This document shows positions 14,164 through 28,055 of a DNA stretch of 64,000 bases, in pieces. Every line of letters starts with the position of its first letter. The first letter of the stretch is position 1. Below the pieces are notes generated by a model that searched no databases, was not told the DNA's origin, and saw nothing but the letters and a program-made list of their open reading frames with translations. The position numbers were made by a program, and so were the translations under genes. Origin of the DNA: Vicugna vicugna (lineage: Eukaryota); assembly GCA_013265495.1 (NCBI GenBank), contig MU057584.1, positions 598,608-662,607 on the forward strand, in the 5' to 3' direction.

Positions 14164-15450
14164 TACAGTGGCTGCTTAGAAGCCCGTGGTGTGTGTGTGT
14201 GTCTCAGTCTCATTGGCTTCATTTTCCCAAAAAGGAGACTAGACCATAAAGAGATCAGGGCCTTCTCCTGTGGTAGTTGGGATCTGTTTAAGTTGTCAGG
14301 GCCAGAATCCACTTGGGGCCACGTGGGGTGAATCAGGATGTTCACTGGAAGGACACAGGGGCCCCTGCCAGTTCCCATGGGGTCCTGAGAGCCAGTAGGA
14401 ACCGGAATTGCTTCCAGCTCTCTGGGCCACAGGCACTGTTGGTTTATTCCTCTTTCTATCTGGTCGTGAGCCACACAAGCCTGGCCATCCTGGTGGTCAG
14501 GACAGGACTGCTCAGGGCAGGACCCTGCCATAAGCGGCTCATTCAGGCTTAGCAAAGAGCCCACATCCTTCCTGTCAGATGGGGCCTGAGAGGGCCCAGC
14601 TCAGTCTCAACGGGGGTTTTGGGGGCAGTTCTCAGAGAAAGGGACCTGGCCTCTGCAGACACCCCATTAGGCACCACCAGACGCACCATCTGACTCCAGA
14701 GGCCACGCCCTCAACCACCAGGCTGCACTGTTCTGTGCTGAGAAGGCGGCATCACGAGGCAGAAGGCCACCAGTGTCCTCAGGGGTACACGTCTCTTTGG
14801 GAAGCCCCTTCCATCTGGAGGCACATGGAGGCCGCAAAAGGTCTACAAACACACACGCAACACACATCCCAGGAGAAAGCACTCAGTCAGAGAGAGGGAC
14901 TGTCTTGGGCACTTGTGTCCGGTGGGTGTCATTAGTCTCCACGCGCCAGAGTTGGTGTGTTTTCTTGGTGGTTCAGGCAGTCAGCCAGTATTGAGCTCTG
15001 GTTTCGGACTGGTGCTGGGCATGCAGCATGGCCAAGGTCAGCCCTGGCCCCCACCTCATGGGCTCGAGGTCCAGAAGGGGAGGCGAGAGAGACAAGTCAG
15101 CCAAGCTGCCGACACACTGACACAGGGGTGTGGGAGGACCCGAGCCAAGGGCTGGGATGGAGAATAAGGTGGTGAGGCTAGGGGCGGGGACGTGGCTTGG
15201 TGAGAACATCAGACATCTCGGACTGTCCCATGGGGCAGGGCCACCTCACACCCTGAGCTTGATGAAGTAGACTTCAAAAGTCAGGCCTGCCTGCATGCCC
15301 TTCTCGGTCCTGGCCGTGTGTCTTTGGCAAGTCCTCCACCTCCCTGAGCTGTGGTTTCCTCTTCTGGAGAGGATGGGGGCGGGGTCTCCATACCCTAAAC
15401 AGTGGCTGTGGACAGAAAGGTGGTTGGGTTTGGTTTAGAGCAAGGACTGT

Positions 15451-15560
15451 GGGGAGGGGGTGTAGCTCAAGTAAGTGTATGCTTAGCATGCACAGGGTCC
15501 TGGGTTCAATCCCCAGTACCTCCTCTTAAAAAAAAAATAGACTTAATTACTCCAAAAAAA
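15451..15560 (+). mobile_element. tRNA-derived SINE (camelid Vic-1-like) with 15-bp target-site duplication
   Basis: ggggagggggtgtagctcaag (A-box-like) ... gggttcaatcccc (B-box) and an A-rich tail. TSD tagagcaaggactgt at 15436-15450 and 15561-15575; inserted in MIR-like sequence. Confidence 0.88.
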
Positions 15561-18500
15561 TAGAGCAAGGACTGTGGAGCCAGACCGCTCAGGCCTGGAT
15601 CCCAGCTCTGCCCTTCACTGGCACTGTGACCTGGGGCAGGCTTCAGGGTCATTTTTCAAATGGGGAATCAATCCTACCTCATCAAGTTGTTGAAAGCAGT
15701 AAATGAGGTAATATACTAGCAGGGTGCTATGTGCATGTTTGCAGTTGTTAGTAATGATAATTTAGAATGAAAAGTTGCCTGTCACTCAGCTGGGGCTTGA
15801 GTCCTTAGTGCGTCCTGTGCAACTGGGGACCCAGAGATTAAGGCCTTGACTTCCCCCTTCATCCAAGGGCACCATTGGCCTTATCAAGCTCCTGCGAGTG
15901 TGAGACTGCGGTGGGCCGAGGTGATTGTATGTAATATGCCTGGTTCCTTCTGCCCCCAGAGACTTGGAAAACTGTAGGTGTCTTCTGACTGCACGTGTTT
16001 CTGTAACAGGATCTCAGTTGGGCAAAGCAACTTGGAAGGTTAGGATGGGGGTGGTGGGGACAGGCCCCTGGTACCTGCCATCTGCACCCTTCACTGGAGT
16101 CGGCAGATCCTCCTGCTTCCCAGCCTGAGGCGCAGGGTCTGGAGGCCTGGCTCCTGGTTGGTTGCATAAGCCCAGCCTGCTCACTGCAGCTGGCCATCCT
16201 GCAGCACGTGTCAGTGGCACCGGCTCCCTGAGTCCTGATGCCTCCCTCCCAGAAGAAGGCAGGGAAGAACATTCTTGTCACCCAGGAATCTGCAGGCATC
16301 ACAGCCCCTTAGCAGGCCTGGGGAGGGGGATGGAGCCTGAGAGGAAAGTACTGGTTATCTCAGCCTCTCCACAGGGGCCTCCTATGCAGAACACAGGGCG
16401 GTTTCCCACCACCGTCACATAGTTCTCTAGGCAGAAAGGAAAGGAGACTTTGTTCAGTTCACAGAGCAAATCATCTCATTCATTCGTTCCCAGATGTTCA
16501 CTTGAGATGCTGCATTGATGTTCCCAGACTCAGGAAGCCCTTGGTCTAGGACAGAGAACAAGGGAACAGATCCAGAGAGGGTGTATCCCATTAGGAAACA
16601 GAGGGTTGTGGTGGAGAATAATGAGTGTGGGGTTGTGGGGATGCTACTTTAAAAGGAGGGGGTCAGAGAAGACTTTTCAAAGTGGGTGACGTCTGGGCTG
16701 AGACCTGAATGACAGGTTAGGAAGAGCTGGGGGTGTCGGAGCTCTCTGAGCCTCGGGAATAGCAGTTGCAGACCCGGAGGAGGTGGAACAGATAGGGTCG
16801 GGGCGCAGGTGGAGGTATGTGAGAGCAGAGGATGGGCGAGCCCATTGCAGGGCCACGTCAGGGGCTTGTCCCAGGACAAGAAGTTGAGGTTTCAGTCTCA
16901 TGTGGGGACACACTATGGGGACTAAAAGTGGCAGAGCCTGGCCTGTCCTTGCCATGGTCACCACAGCTCGTTATGTGCCTGCCTCGTCTCTGAAGGGCAT
17001 GGACTGCAAAGGTGGCGTGTTTTCCTTTCCTGAGGGGTCGCAGGATGTCCCTGCCCATCCTCACCAGGCTTCCTGCGCACAGCCCGCCCTGGGCGTGTGG
17101 TTCTGAAGGTGGAAAAGCTAAACATGCCACCCGGCGATCACCTCAGCCCTCCTTGGCCCTGGCAGGGACAGGCAGAGGAGCCGCTCAAGCAAAGGCCCAG
17201 AGGCTGCTTGTCAACCAGGCTGGCTGGAATGAGGGATGGCAGCCCCCTTCCCTTCCAGGGACACTAGTCCTAGAGTGGCACCCAGTGTTGGTGTGACTCA
17301 GGGACAGATCATGCTTGACATCACCATCGGCGACATTGTCTCAGTCGGGTGGGCCCACTCTACTGGGAAAGTTACCATTTCCAGCCTCAGTGTGATCTGT
17401 GAGGGTCTCTGAGTTACTGAAAGACTGGTGGGGGTGGAGGGGGCCTCAGTGATTCGTCATCAGGAGGAATAAGGCATGACTTGTGCCCCTTCATTTTTCC
17501 TAAAGAGTTAGAGGCAGAGGTTTTTCAGAACAGGCAGAGCAGCTAGAAATTCCTGCTTGGGCCTCCACCTGCTGGCAGAGGCAGCTGCTCCGTGCCCTCT
17601 GTGTGGGCCCCGTCACCACCCTCGTTCTGTGTCCAGGCCTCCTGGCACCCGGCTGCTGTCCCCCAGAGCACCCTGTGGGAACAGGAGGTACACTGCTCTA
17701 CTCCAGGTCCTGGGGGGAGGTCCCAGCCTGGCCAGGGCGGTAGGCTGGGAAGGCCAGGCCCTCGGGAGCTGTAACTGATGTGGGTGAGGGCATCTGAGGA
17801 TGCTTCCTCCTGGCAGGTGAGTACCCTTGGAGCTGACTTTGGAGTCCCAACTAGGAAGCCAACTCTAAAAGCCGTAGTGGCCCAGCAGTGCAAGAGGAGG
17901 GCTCCTGGCCTTTGTGGTCCCTCGGGTGTTGCCGCCTCTCTGGACCTCCTTTTCTTTGTTTTAGGTTGGGGGTCTGGTCATGTCCCCATTCCAGGGGTGC
18001 TGTGTGGCTTTGGCTCGGGCACATGAAGGGACACCTGAGGTGATGGAATTGTAAATGTCAACTCTCCTGGGCTCCCTGTGGAACTCAGGGACACCACCAT
18101 CACCAGGGTTGTGCTGGAGCCCTGGGTCCCCCTCCCCCTCATGGTGTGTTTCAAATTCTCCTTGTCCACCCTCCATCTAGCTGTCCTATCCCTCATGGTG
18201 CAGGGGTGAGGGCCCGTGTTTACGTTCCTTCCTTCCTTCAGCCCATGTTCACTGAGCATCTGCTGAGCCAGGCCCTGGGGAACCACCCAGGCCGGCAACC
18301 ACCAAAGCCAGGCCTAGCTTTATAATTAAGGTGGTCGTGAAGAGCTGACCTTGGCCTAACCCAAGCTGCTGGCCCTAGGTGAACCAGATTTCCCTCCCAT
18401 CCTAAATACTGCCTCTGGGGCCCAGCTCTGAGCAGTTGTGCCTCCCAACCCCTATTTATTCATTCATGTTCATTATGGACATCTCTAGACATATGCAACA

Positions 18501-18939
18501 GTAGTATAATGAACCCCCTGCCCAGCTTCAGTAATGACCAGTACGTGGTCATTCTTTATCCTCTGTTCTGCCCGCTCCCCATTATTTTGTAGCAATTCCT
18601 GGATATCCATCATTTCACCTATATGCTTTTCTGAGTTGTTTCTAAAACGGTGAGGACACTCAGTCCCAAGCCAGCCATCTTCTTTCCTCTGCTGTCATCT
18701 CCCCAGGGCCAGGACGAGACTGTGCTCTCTGGTGTCCCTGAACAAAGTGGGTAGCTGTAGTTGGCTCTTGGAGAAGAGCACAGCCTTCCCTCTGCTTGAA
18801 GGAGGCAGCCACTTCAGGATGAGGCCATGGTGCTGCCAGGAAGCCAGGCAAAGCGACTGGGGGCCTTTATTCTCTGATTTCTGAGCTGTTTCACTTGCTG
18901 CTCCATCTCTGTGTTAGCTTTTTAGTGGTGAGCACTGAT

Positions 18940-19480
18940 ATTTATTTTCTCCCTTTATTTCATTAAAGGTGGCGTTCACAAGCACACTGTTCTGCACCAT
19001 GCTTTTTTCATTTAATGTCTCTTGGGTGTTGTTCCCTGTTGGCTCAGAGAGAGCGTCCTCATTCTCTGTGGCCGCAGAGTCCCAGTGCACGGTGGACCGG
19101 GGTTATTGACTGCTCCCCGCTGATAGATACTAGTGTCAGTTCAGTTCTCTGTTTGCAGGGAGTGCTGCCATGGATAACCTTCTACGTATATAAAATTGCA
19201 CCTTTGCAGGCATATTTGTAGGATGAATCTCTGGGAGTGGAACAGCTGGAGGGCAGGGTACATGTATTTGTCTTTTGGAGTTTTGACCAGCACAGCCAAA
19301 TTGGTTTGGAAAGGGGTTGGACTGGTTGGTGCGTACACCAGCTGCTTGAGGGCACACCTGCTTCCCAGTCTCACCAGCACGTGCTGTCCAGCTTGTGGGC
19401 GTTGGCCTGTCTGGTAGGTGAAAAATGGTGTATCGGCATACTTTCATTTAATTTGAATTTCCCTTTGTTCTGAGAGTCAC
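18940..19480 (-). mobile_element. Degraded L1M fragment
   Basis: gtaggtgaaaaatggtgtatc...tttaatttgaatttccc and related L1 3'-region motifs. Confidence 0.55.
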
Positions 19481-22400
19481 TGAGCGTTTAAGAATTTTGA
19501 ACCTCAACTGCCTGCTTTGGGGACTGGACTGGTCGAGGAACCAGCCCAGGGGTTGGGAGCGCAGGATGTGGAGGACGGCAGACAGGGTTTGCTCCTGCCT
19601 CGGCATCCAGCTGGAAAAGTGTCCTTGGGCAGGTCACTTTCCAAACTCATCTGGAAGGTGAGGGGAGATAATTCCTACTTCTCAGGGCTGTTAGAAGGCA
19701 TAAATGAAATCAGGTTTCTCTATCACTCAATCTGTCTGAGAGTAGATGCAAAAAGATGATTCCACCGAGCACCAGAGAAGCCCCTGTGCACGGTGTGTTC
19801 CCTCTCCCTTTCTCTGCTATAGGCCCAGAGGGTTCTGGGGGCGGAGACAGGGTGGAAGGAGCAGCATTTGGAAATGCAGGGCAGTGGCTGGAGGAGTGGG
19901 GTCAGAAGCACAGACCTGGATTCCAACCCCCCCACTCTGGGCTGAGGGACTTTCCACTCAGGGCCTCCGTCTCCCCACGTGTGAGGCCTGTGTTCTTGGT
20001 TGCAGGCCCAGAAATGGAGCCCTGCAGGATTCACAGTAGGGGAGTGTATGGGGGGAGGATGTCATCAGGCAGGTGGAGAACCGGGCTGAGGAGGCGCGGG
20101 AGCTGGCAACTGGGCAGCCTAAGGTAGGGGGTTACATAGGAGAGAGATTGGGGGCTGGGAGTGCCTTCCCCACTCTGGAACAACTGACCGGTGCCACCAT
20201 AAAGACTGACACCCACATCCCAGGGTTCTCATGGCAAGGACCTGAGGGCTTGGAAGTGGCTATGGGTAGAGGTGAACAGCTGGTGTGATGCCTGGTCTCC
20301 TGGGACCTCTGGATGTTCACAGTTGGATGCTGGGCGTTCCGTGGGCATCCTTCTGTGGCTGCCCACCAGGATTGGACTTGAGTACCTGTGGCCTGCCCTT
20401 GTGAAGTATTCCCGTGAGAAATGCCCAGTCTCGAGAAACCAGCTGAGTTGGGCCTTATACAGTCTTGGAGGGCCCTGCACACTCACATTCTGCGCCCAGA
20501 GCAGCATGGGTCAGGGGATGAGGAAGTTCTGCACGTGTGCAGCATAAAACACGTGGCTCTGCAGAGATAGGGACCTCAAGCTTAGTTCCTGCAGGGTGGT
20601 GGGGCCGCTGGGCAGCCTAAGGCAGAAGGGCCCTAGAGGCTCTGCCCCTCTCCTACCCCTGGCCCCACCTTTGGGACAGCGCAGGCCGTGAGAGGGATGT
20701 GTGTGGGACTGCGGGAGTATGGGAAGGAACCGGGCACCTGATGAGGGTGTGTGGAAGGCATCTGCTCTGGGCTAAGCATCCACGACCTTACTGCCCTCCT
20801 GCCCTCGGTGCCTGAGTGTGGGGCGCCCAATGCGAAAAGATTCTTCCCTGAGTTCACCCAGCTGGCCTGAGCAGAGCTGGGGACTTGAATACCTGTCCTT
20901 CTGACTCCAGGAACATGCTCTGCCTCACCCTCGGCGTTCATTTGTTCTGTCATCTCCTGTGCACCCCGTGTGTATCATTCTGGGGATACTTAGTGAACAA
21001 AAGCAGTAAAGCTTTGTGTTAGGTCTGGGAAGTGCCACATAGAGAATGAAGCAGGGTAAACAGGGATGGACAGCGACAGAGGGGGCTGTTCTGTATGGGG
21101 TGGTCTGGGAAGGCCTCTGAGGAGGTGATGTCGGAGCAGAGGCCTGCAGGGAGGGAGGGAGGGAGGAATCCATGGGGATATAAGGTAGAAGAGTGCTCTG
21201 GGCAGAGGGGCAGCAGGTGTAAAGGCCCTGAGGCCCTATGTCACTGATAAGGCTCTGGTGGGGACCTTGACTACTATAGCCCCTGAGCCAGATTTTCCTC
21301 GCACCTCTCCTGCACGCAGGCTTTGCCACCAACACTTTTAGGATGACACCCCCATCCTGGGCTCAGTGACTGAGGCCCTCCGTGGGTGGCCTCTCCCAAG
21401 CCTCCTTGCCGACCCCTCCTCTCACATACCCTAGACCCTCCTGATCATGTGCTCACTGCCCAGACACATGGTGAGTTTCTCCTTGGGTACTTTAGTCATG
21501 AAGTTCCCTCTGCCCAGGATGCCTTTCCCTCTTTGCCGTCTCACTCTTCAGGACCTTCTCTCTCAGACTTTTCCAGATGCTCCCTTCCCAGCAGGTGTCA
21601 GCCTGTCTGTCCTCGTGCCTCCATGTTCCCTCCCCACTCTCTCTTGTGGCTGTGGTGCTGCTTTGTGACTATTCCCAGGTTTGTCTCCCTGACCACGTGG
21701 GGGCCCTGGGATAGGGCTGGGCATGTGGGGATCGGTGGCTGCAGATTGGGAGACTTTGGGGGAGGGAGAAGGCTGTTAGGATGCGAGCCCACCAGGCTGG
21801 CCCTGTGCCCACACTCTCCTGCAGCCACTGGCTCCCGCTGCAGTCCTGTGGAGACCCGGTCTCGGCAGGCACCGTGAGGAAACCCCAGAGCACAGCTCTC
21901 CTGAGCGCAGGACTGGCTCTCCGGACCCCAGAAACCACAAAGAGAAAGACAAATCCCTCTGGGGAACCTCCCTGACCTGATATTAGAGAAGGCTATCTTT
22001 CTGGGCCCCCCAAACCTGTCTGTCCAGCCTGAAGCCCGGGGGCCTGAGGACTGCAGGGCGCCAATGTGGGACGGGAACAGCCCTGGCTTTGACCCCTACC
22101 CGTTCCCAGCTCCTAGGAGACCAGTTGGCATTGGGAGAGGTTTTCTCCTCTGCAGTGGTGGGTCGTGGGCTCGGGACCTCTCTGCAGGATTACAATGAGG
22201 ATTAAAGATTCAGTCACAAAGCGCCTGGCAGAATGCCTGTTAGGGAACCGGGGTGAGATGAAGAACAGCGCGCACCTGTCTGTGCAGGGAGCACTCTGAA
22301 TTTGAGAGCATGTTTCACCAAGTGAGTGGTTTCTGGCAGGGTCTGGGCCCTGGCATCTCACCTCCCTCTAGGCTCCCTTGTGCAGTGGTCCTTCCAGCCG

Positions 22401-25109
22401 GGCCTCCACAGTAGCCTTTCTACACACAGGCAGACCTGCCACCCAACCCCACCCACCGCCGTCAGAATGCCCAGACTACCCTCAGACCTAGGACAGTGAC
22501 AGAGGACTCTGTCACTCCCTCACCCTGTCTTGGTGCCTTCTTTGTGCCTGGCCCTGTGCTGGGCAGTGGGGACCACAATTCCCGGCCTTTCTTCCCTGGG
22601 GCTCTCTGTCCCTTGAGGGAGACAGATCGGTTCCTAGACAGTAACAGTTCAGTGTGGGGCAGAGCTGAGATGGGGGAGCCCAGAGGAGGGGGCCTGACCA
22701 GCTGGGGGTCATGGAGGGCTCCCTGGAGAAGGAGACCCTTGAGCTGAGGGTTGAAATGAGAGTGTAATGTGTAAGAGGAGGGAGAGTATGAAGTGTGATG
22801 AAGCCCTGGGCCTTTCTGGGAAAGAGAAGAGTTGAGGTGTCGCTGGAGCTCAGTGCCCGGAGCAGGAGGGGGAGGTCTGGTTGATGGTGAGGCTTAAAAG
22901 GGGCCTTTGAGACCTGGCTCTTCCTGACCGCCTAGTCCTAGCTCAGTCCAGAGCATTCACAGTGCCCTCCCGGAGCTTCCACAGACCGTCTGCATAGCCC
23001 TCTCCTAAGATAAGAACCCCTCAGCGGGCAGGGACCCTGTCAGAGCCTTCCCTGACCCCTTAGCGCCAGCACAGAACTTTGCAGGCAGGAGGCCCCGGGA
23101 GGTGTTTACTGATGGATAGCAGGATGGTCTCTAAGCTGGAATCTTCTGGGTTAGAAACCTAACTCAGAGGGGCTGAAGCCAAAAGGGGAATTTATTGGCT
23201 TACGGATCTGAGGAGTCCTGAATAGTCTGGCTTCTGGCCTGCCTGGATCCAGGGCCTCAGACAGCGTCATCAGGACTCTCTCTTCACCTCTGAGCTCACC
23301 TTTCCTCTGAGTCGGCTTTGTTCTCGGGAGGCGCTCTGGTGGTAGATGAGGGTGGCTGCCAGCAGCTCTAGAAATGGGAGGCCACCTCAGCCACTCCTGC
23401 AAGAAGAGAGCTCTTGTTCCTGACAGTTCTGGCCCAGGCCCTGGGGCGGGCTGTGGCCGGTGCTACAAGGATCAGCTTCCTGTCCTCGACCGATCACTGT
23501 GACGGGGGCTGTGGACAGGGCACCTCTCGGGAGGACAGTGAGGAGTAGAGGTAATGTGGACATACCCCTGGGGTCCTGGGGTGGCATGGTGAGGGAGGTG
23601 GGGGGACCAGTGCCCGTCTACCGAGGGCCAGTTGGTACTTTCACAGGCCAAGGCGGCACTCAGCACAGGGGCGGGTGTGCAGCTGACACTTGTCCACCCG
23701 TGAAGCTGCTGTGGGGTGTAGGCTCAGGATCCCAGCTTCCCTGCACCTTTGAGCACTGGCCTGGTCCCCTCTGAGCCAGCCTTCCACCTGCATGTGTGAG
23801 CCCAAACGGCCTCCGAAAGGGAGGATGGTGTTCCATAGACCTCGAGTGGTGGGAGCACAGAAGCTTGGGGAGCTCTGCAAGGAAAAGCCTTGAGAGCCGG
23901 GGTCTCGGGTCCCACATGGAGAGATGCTGTCCCGTATGAGCCTGGTCACGCACCTGCCGCGAGGCTCTCGGTTTCCCATCTGTCAAGTGGGGTGATAATG
24001 GTGACGGTGCCCCACCCTCAGGGGGCAGGAAGAGCATGGCAGGCAGGTTCCCAAGGTCGGCTCTGCTGATGCAGTACAGTAGCCAAGCCCCAAGAAGCCA
24101 AGGCCATGTGCTGTTAGCTAATGGAGGGGTTAGAACCCAGGCCTGGCTCTGGGCCACCCAAGCGCTTAAACCTCACTGTTAGCCTCTGGTGTGCTGGTCC
24201 CAGCAGCCTCCCTGTTAGGGGGCCCAGGCGGCTCCCTGCTCCCCAGCCCTGGTCTCATGCAGGTTCGGTCCTCTCCACACCTTGAGGAGCTCCTGACACT
24301 GCTCTGCACCCAACCCCGGTGCTCCCACACAGAGAGCCAGGTCCTTACCGAGGCCAGGCCTGCTCCCTCCCTGTCACACTTACCCTATCCCAGGGGCCAC
24401 TGCCCACTACTATGTTTGTGTCTGTCTCGTCTGTGTCCCCAACTTGTTGAAACCCCAGCAGTGAGAGCTGGCTCCCAACTCCCTTGTCTTCCCCTCCACA
24501 CACACTGTTGCTTCCCAGTTTTGTTTTTTTTTTTTAGTTATTTTATTTTAGTTCCTGTACAGTAAACTACACATATTTCAAATGTACAGTTTGATGAATT
24601 TTGATAGCTATATACACCAACAGTAATTTGGGAATTCAAAAATTGCACCTCTTGGGGAGTGATGGAAATGCTAGCTACCTTGATTGTCGTAGTGGTTTCA
24701 TCGGTGTTTCCCGGGTTTTGGCTCCCACTTAGATGATGACTGTCTTTCCCACCAGCTCTGGGCTGGCAGGGATGGCCTGAGTCATCGCTGCCCCCTGGTG
24801 CCCATCCTGTCCTTGCCTTTCGTGGGTGCTTTTGCACCTGTGTGCAGAGGAGAGCCAGCCCTCTCTGCCTGTCACCTGATGCCTGGCGTCGGGTTTCTCT
24901 CTGTCCCTTTGTGAGGGCCCGTGGCAGGTGGGAGTGGGAGGCAGGCTCGTTTCCTCACCACCTCTTCATGGAAAACTGGCGCCTCCCCAGAACTCACCCC
25001 TTCCCCTTGGCCCCAGCCAGAGTTCAGGGGACCCCACAGCCTGCTTCTGTCCCTGGCCCCTTCTTCCCCCTTAGGCCTGTCTAGGAAGTGTGAGAATTAA
25101 GCTGTGTTC

Positions 25110-25310
25110 CAGTTTCAGAGCAAGACAGGTCTGGGTGTGCGTTCCAGGGCTGCCACTTCTGACTCTGTGACCTTGGACAGGTGGCTTGCCCTCTCTGAGC
25201 TTGCTTCTGCTTATTAAAAATGGAGCTATAACTGCCAATCCCATAGGATTATGGAGCTGTCTGAAAGAAACTGCGTAGAAAGTGCTCAGCATGGTGTCTT
25301 ACACAGAGCG
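25110..25310 (+). mobile_element. MIR SINE (one of many MIR fragments, e.g. ~1795-1935, ~15575-15750, ~29125-29230)
   Basis: ctgccactt...ctgtgaccttggacaggtggcttgccctctctgagcttg...aaaatggag MIR core. Confidence 0.7.
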
Positions 25311-27584
25311 AGGGCCCCATACCTGGACATGGTGACCGCCACTGTCATCGTCATCTTTTCTGCAGCTTTGTCTCCTGCTGAGTCAGATCCAGCACTGGGC
25401 AGCTGCTTAGCAGGTGCCCTCATGTCCCTTATCTGCTGAGATCCTGCAGGTGTCCTTTCAGAGAGGGAAAGAGGTCGTTGCAAATGTTTATCCCAGCCTC
25501 CCCAGGACAAGGATTGGAACCCAGGCCCTCTTGCTGGAAACCATGACCTCTGCACATCCCACCCCCAGCATGCGTGGTCTCTCTCCCTCATGCACCCCGC
25601 CCCCTCCTCTCTGACCACCACTTAAGCCAATCCCTGCCTGAGTCGGATCTTCAGGGCGTTGGGCTTGGGAGCGAATGCACTGGAGCCCTGACCTGAGACA
25701 CACTCTCACATGCATGTGCCTCCGCACACCCATGTGTCCACCTGGCCTCACTGGCCGTTACGTCACTGGACAGGTGCTTTGGCAACTTCTTCTGGGTCCC
25801 TGCCTCCCCGTGGGGGAGAACACACGGCAGTGGTAGCTGGTGTTTTGTGAGCACCGACCAATGTGTGCTAAGCCTGGCCTGAGGGCTGGACTCCTGCTAC
25901 CTCAGTCACCAGTTACCCTGGGGGTAGTTTCACTCATGCACAATTTCAGAATCAGATGATTGAGGCATAGAGGTCCTGGAGTTTACGTTGGGAGCCAGGA
26001 TTCAACCCCAGGCACTCTGGCTCCAGAGCCCCTGCTTTTAACTACACCGTGAGACCCCACGGCTCTGGTGGGGAGCTCGAGGTGCTTCCCCGGGAGGGCC
26101 TTCCCAAGGTCTCAGAGTGCAGGAGGGAGGCAGCCAGGATCCAGGCCCCAGACTTTGGGCTAGAGCTGGGCCTTCTCCACCTTGCAGCCCTGCCCTTCAG
26201 AACCTGGCCTCAGCGCTCTGACTGCGGTCTCTCACCCGGCCCACCCCGGTGTCCAGTAACACCCTGTGTGAGCTGTGCCCGCGGCTGCCCTCCTCCTCCC
26301 CGGCTCTCTGCCTGTACTGCCTGATGGCTCCCCACACGGGGAGGCCACTGGGTAGAGCCAGGCAGTCACGCTCATCTGTGGGTGTCGAACTGCGGCCAGG
26401 AGAGCAGCTCATTGACACTCGAAGGCCTGTGTGCTTAGGTTAAGGCTGGGCAGGTCTGGGGTGGATGACCCGAGGCGCAGGCAGGATTGCCACAAACGAG
26501 CTTGTAGGGGCGGGTCCCAAGCCGGCCTGCCTGCGCCAGCTCCCAACTCCACCAGCTTGTAAGGTGCTGGGTGGCCCCGGCACAGCGGCAGTGCTATATA
26601 AATGCCCCGTGTTACTTCTCCGACCCACCTGTACTGCCGTTTTCTTACTGTTTTTTATTTTTTGTAAAGTAGTTCAGTTTTAAAATTTGAATATGTTTCA
26701 TCTCATTCCCAAGTGATAATATATGCAAAATGCTGGTTTTGATGAGATAATTCTTTTTCCTTAGTATATGAATGAAATACACAGACGTAATGATTACTAC
26801 CAGGTCATTCCTGAGCCACCTGACACTCTCAGGTCTGCCCTCTGGGATGGGCCAGGACTTGGGATGTGCTTGAGATGCTGTTGGGAAATGGAGCCCGGGT
26901 CGGGGTGCCCGCAGGCTGCTGAGCCCACGCTGCAGCGCACTGACTGGACCCCTGCTTTTGTTCCTTCAGTGTCTTTCTCCAGTGCTGCCCCCACCTTGAA
27001 ATGTGTCTCGGCAACAGAGGAGAGTGACAGAATGCAGTTGTCATTGTTGTCTGCTGTTGCCCTGGGCCTTGGGCCCCCCACTTCTGAGCCTGTCCATCTT
27101 TCCTACCTGCTACCCTCAGTTTCCCCTGGTGTACGTGAGTGGACCCGTGCCACTTCCCCGAGCTTGGGCTGTGACCTTGTGTAAGGCCCTGCCTGCATCT
27201 GAACCCTGGGCTCCTGGCTGAAGGGGTGGCTGGATGGCACCTGTGGCTGGTGTGGAGGTGGCAAGGTCAGAGACCCTGGCCTCAAAGTCACCAGGAGGCT
27301 CCTCAAAACAAATACTGATCCAGTGGGCAGGGCTGGGATGGTGGATCCCAGAGGACTTGGGGAGCCTGGCCCAGCCTAGGCATTTAGGGAGGGTTTCCTG
27401 AAGGAAGGGATGTCTGAGCTGAACACCTAAAGCACCAGCTGCAGTTTGAGATGTTGCTTAGGGTCTTATTCCCTGCAGACTATCTAGGACCCCAAGAACT
27501 GCTAATGAGGATCCCATGTGTACCCGGCCCCTACTTCATCCTCATATGACATGACTGGGGCCTTTATTGACGTGACTGTGTCCA

Positions 27585-28055
27585 GGGGAGCAGTTTTTCC
27601 CTTTGGCCATCTGATAAAGCCTGTGTACATACCCTTTCTTGGAGTGATGCTTTTTAAAGGCGAAAAATAAAATATGATTACAAAAGATACCAGTTAAAAT
27701 ACAGCTTATGAAGTATTTTTAAAATAGTAATCTAGTATTTATACTCTTTTCCATTGACACATGAAATAACAGGATACAGCAGCAGCGTAAATGACTACCA
27801 TTTCCAAAGTGGTGATGCGCATTCAGAATCTGCAGTCACTGTTATGTGATGTGAGTGCATCTGCCGTTTCTATTGATGACAGAGTGGCAGGGTCTGCTAA
27901 ACAGTATCTCTTTGCTGTCTTTTTTGTGTGTGTGTGTGTGTGTGCTATGTTAATAAGAAGGAAATGCTAAATTTCATTTCAGCTCAGTTAGTGAAAATAA
28001 AGAGGTAGTTTTTCCCCACTCAAGTTCACAGATCCCCTGGGGTCAGTGGACCCTG
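27585..28055. mobile_element. Probable hAT-Charlie-type DNA transposon fossil
   Basis: AT-rich island ending ttttccccactcaagttcacagatcccctgggg...gtggaccc, resembling Charlie-family ends. Family recalled, not searched. Confidence 0.45.

Noticed and set aside
15451..15530. tRNA-like A/B boxes
   Set aside because: A-rich tail and TSD show it is a SINE; no intact cloverleaf.
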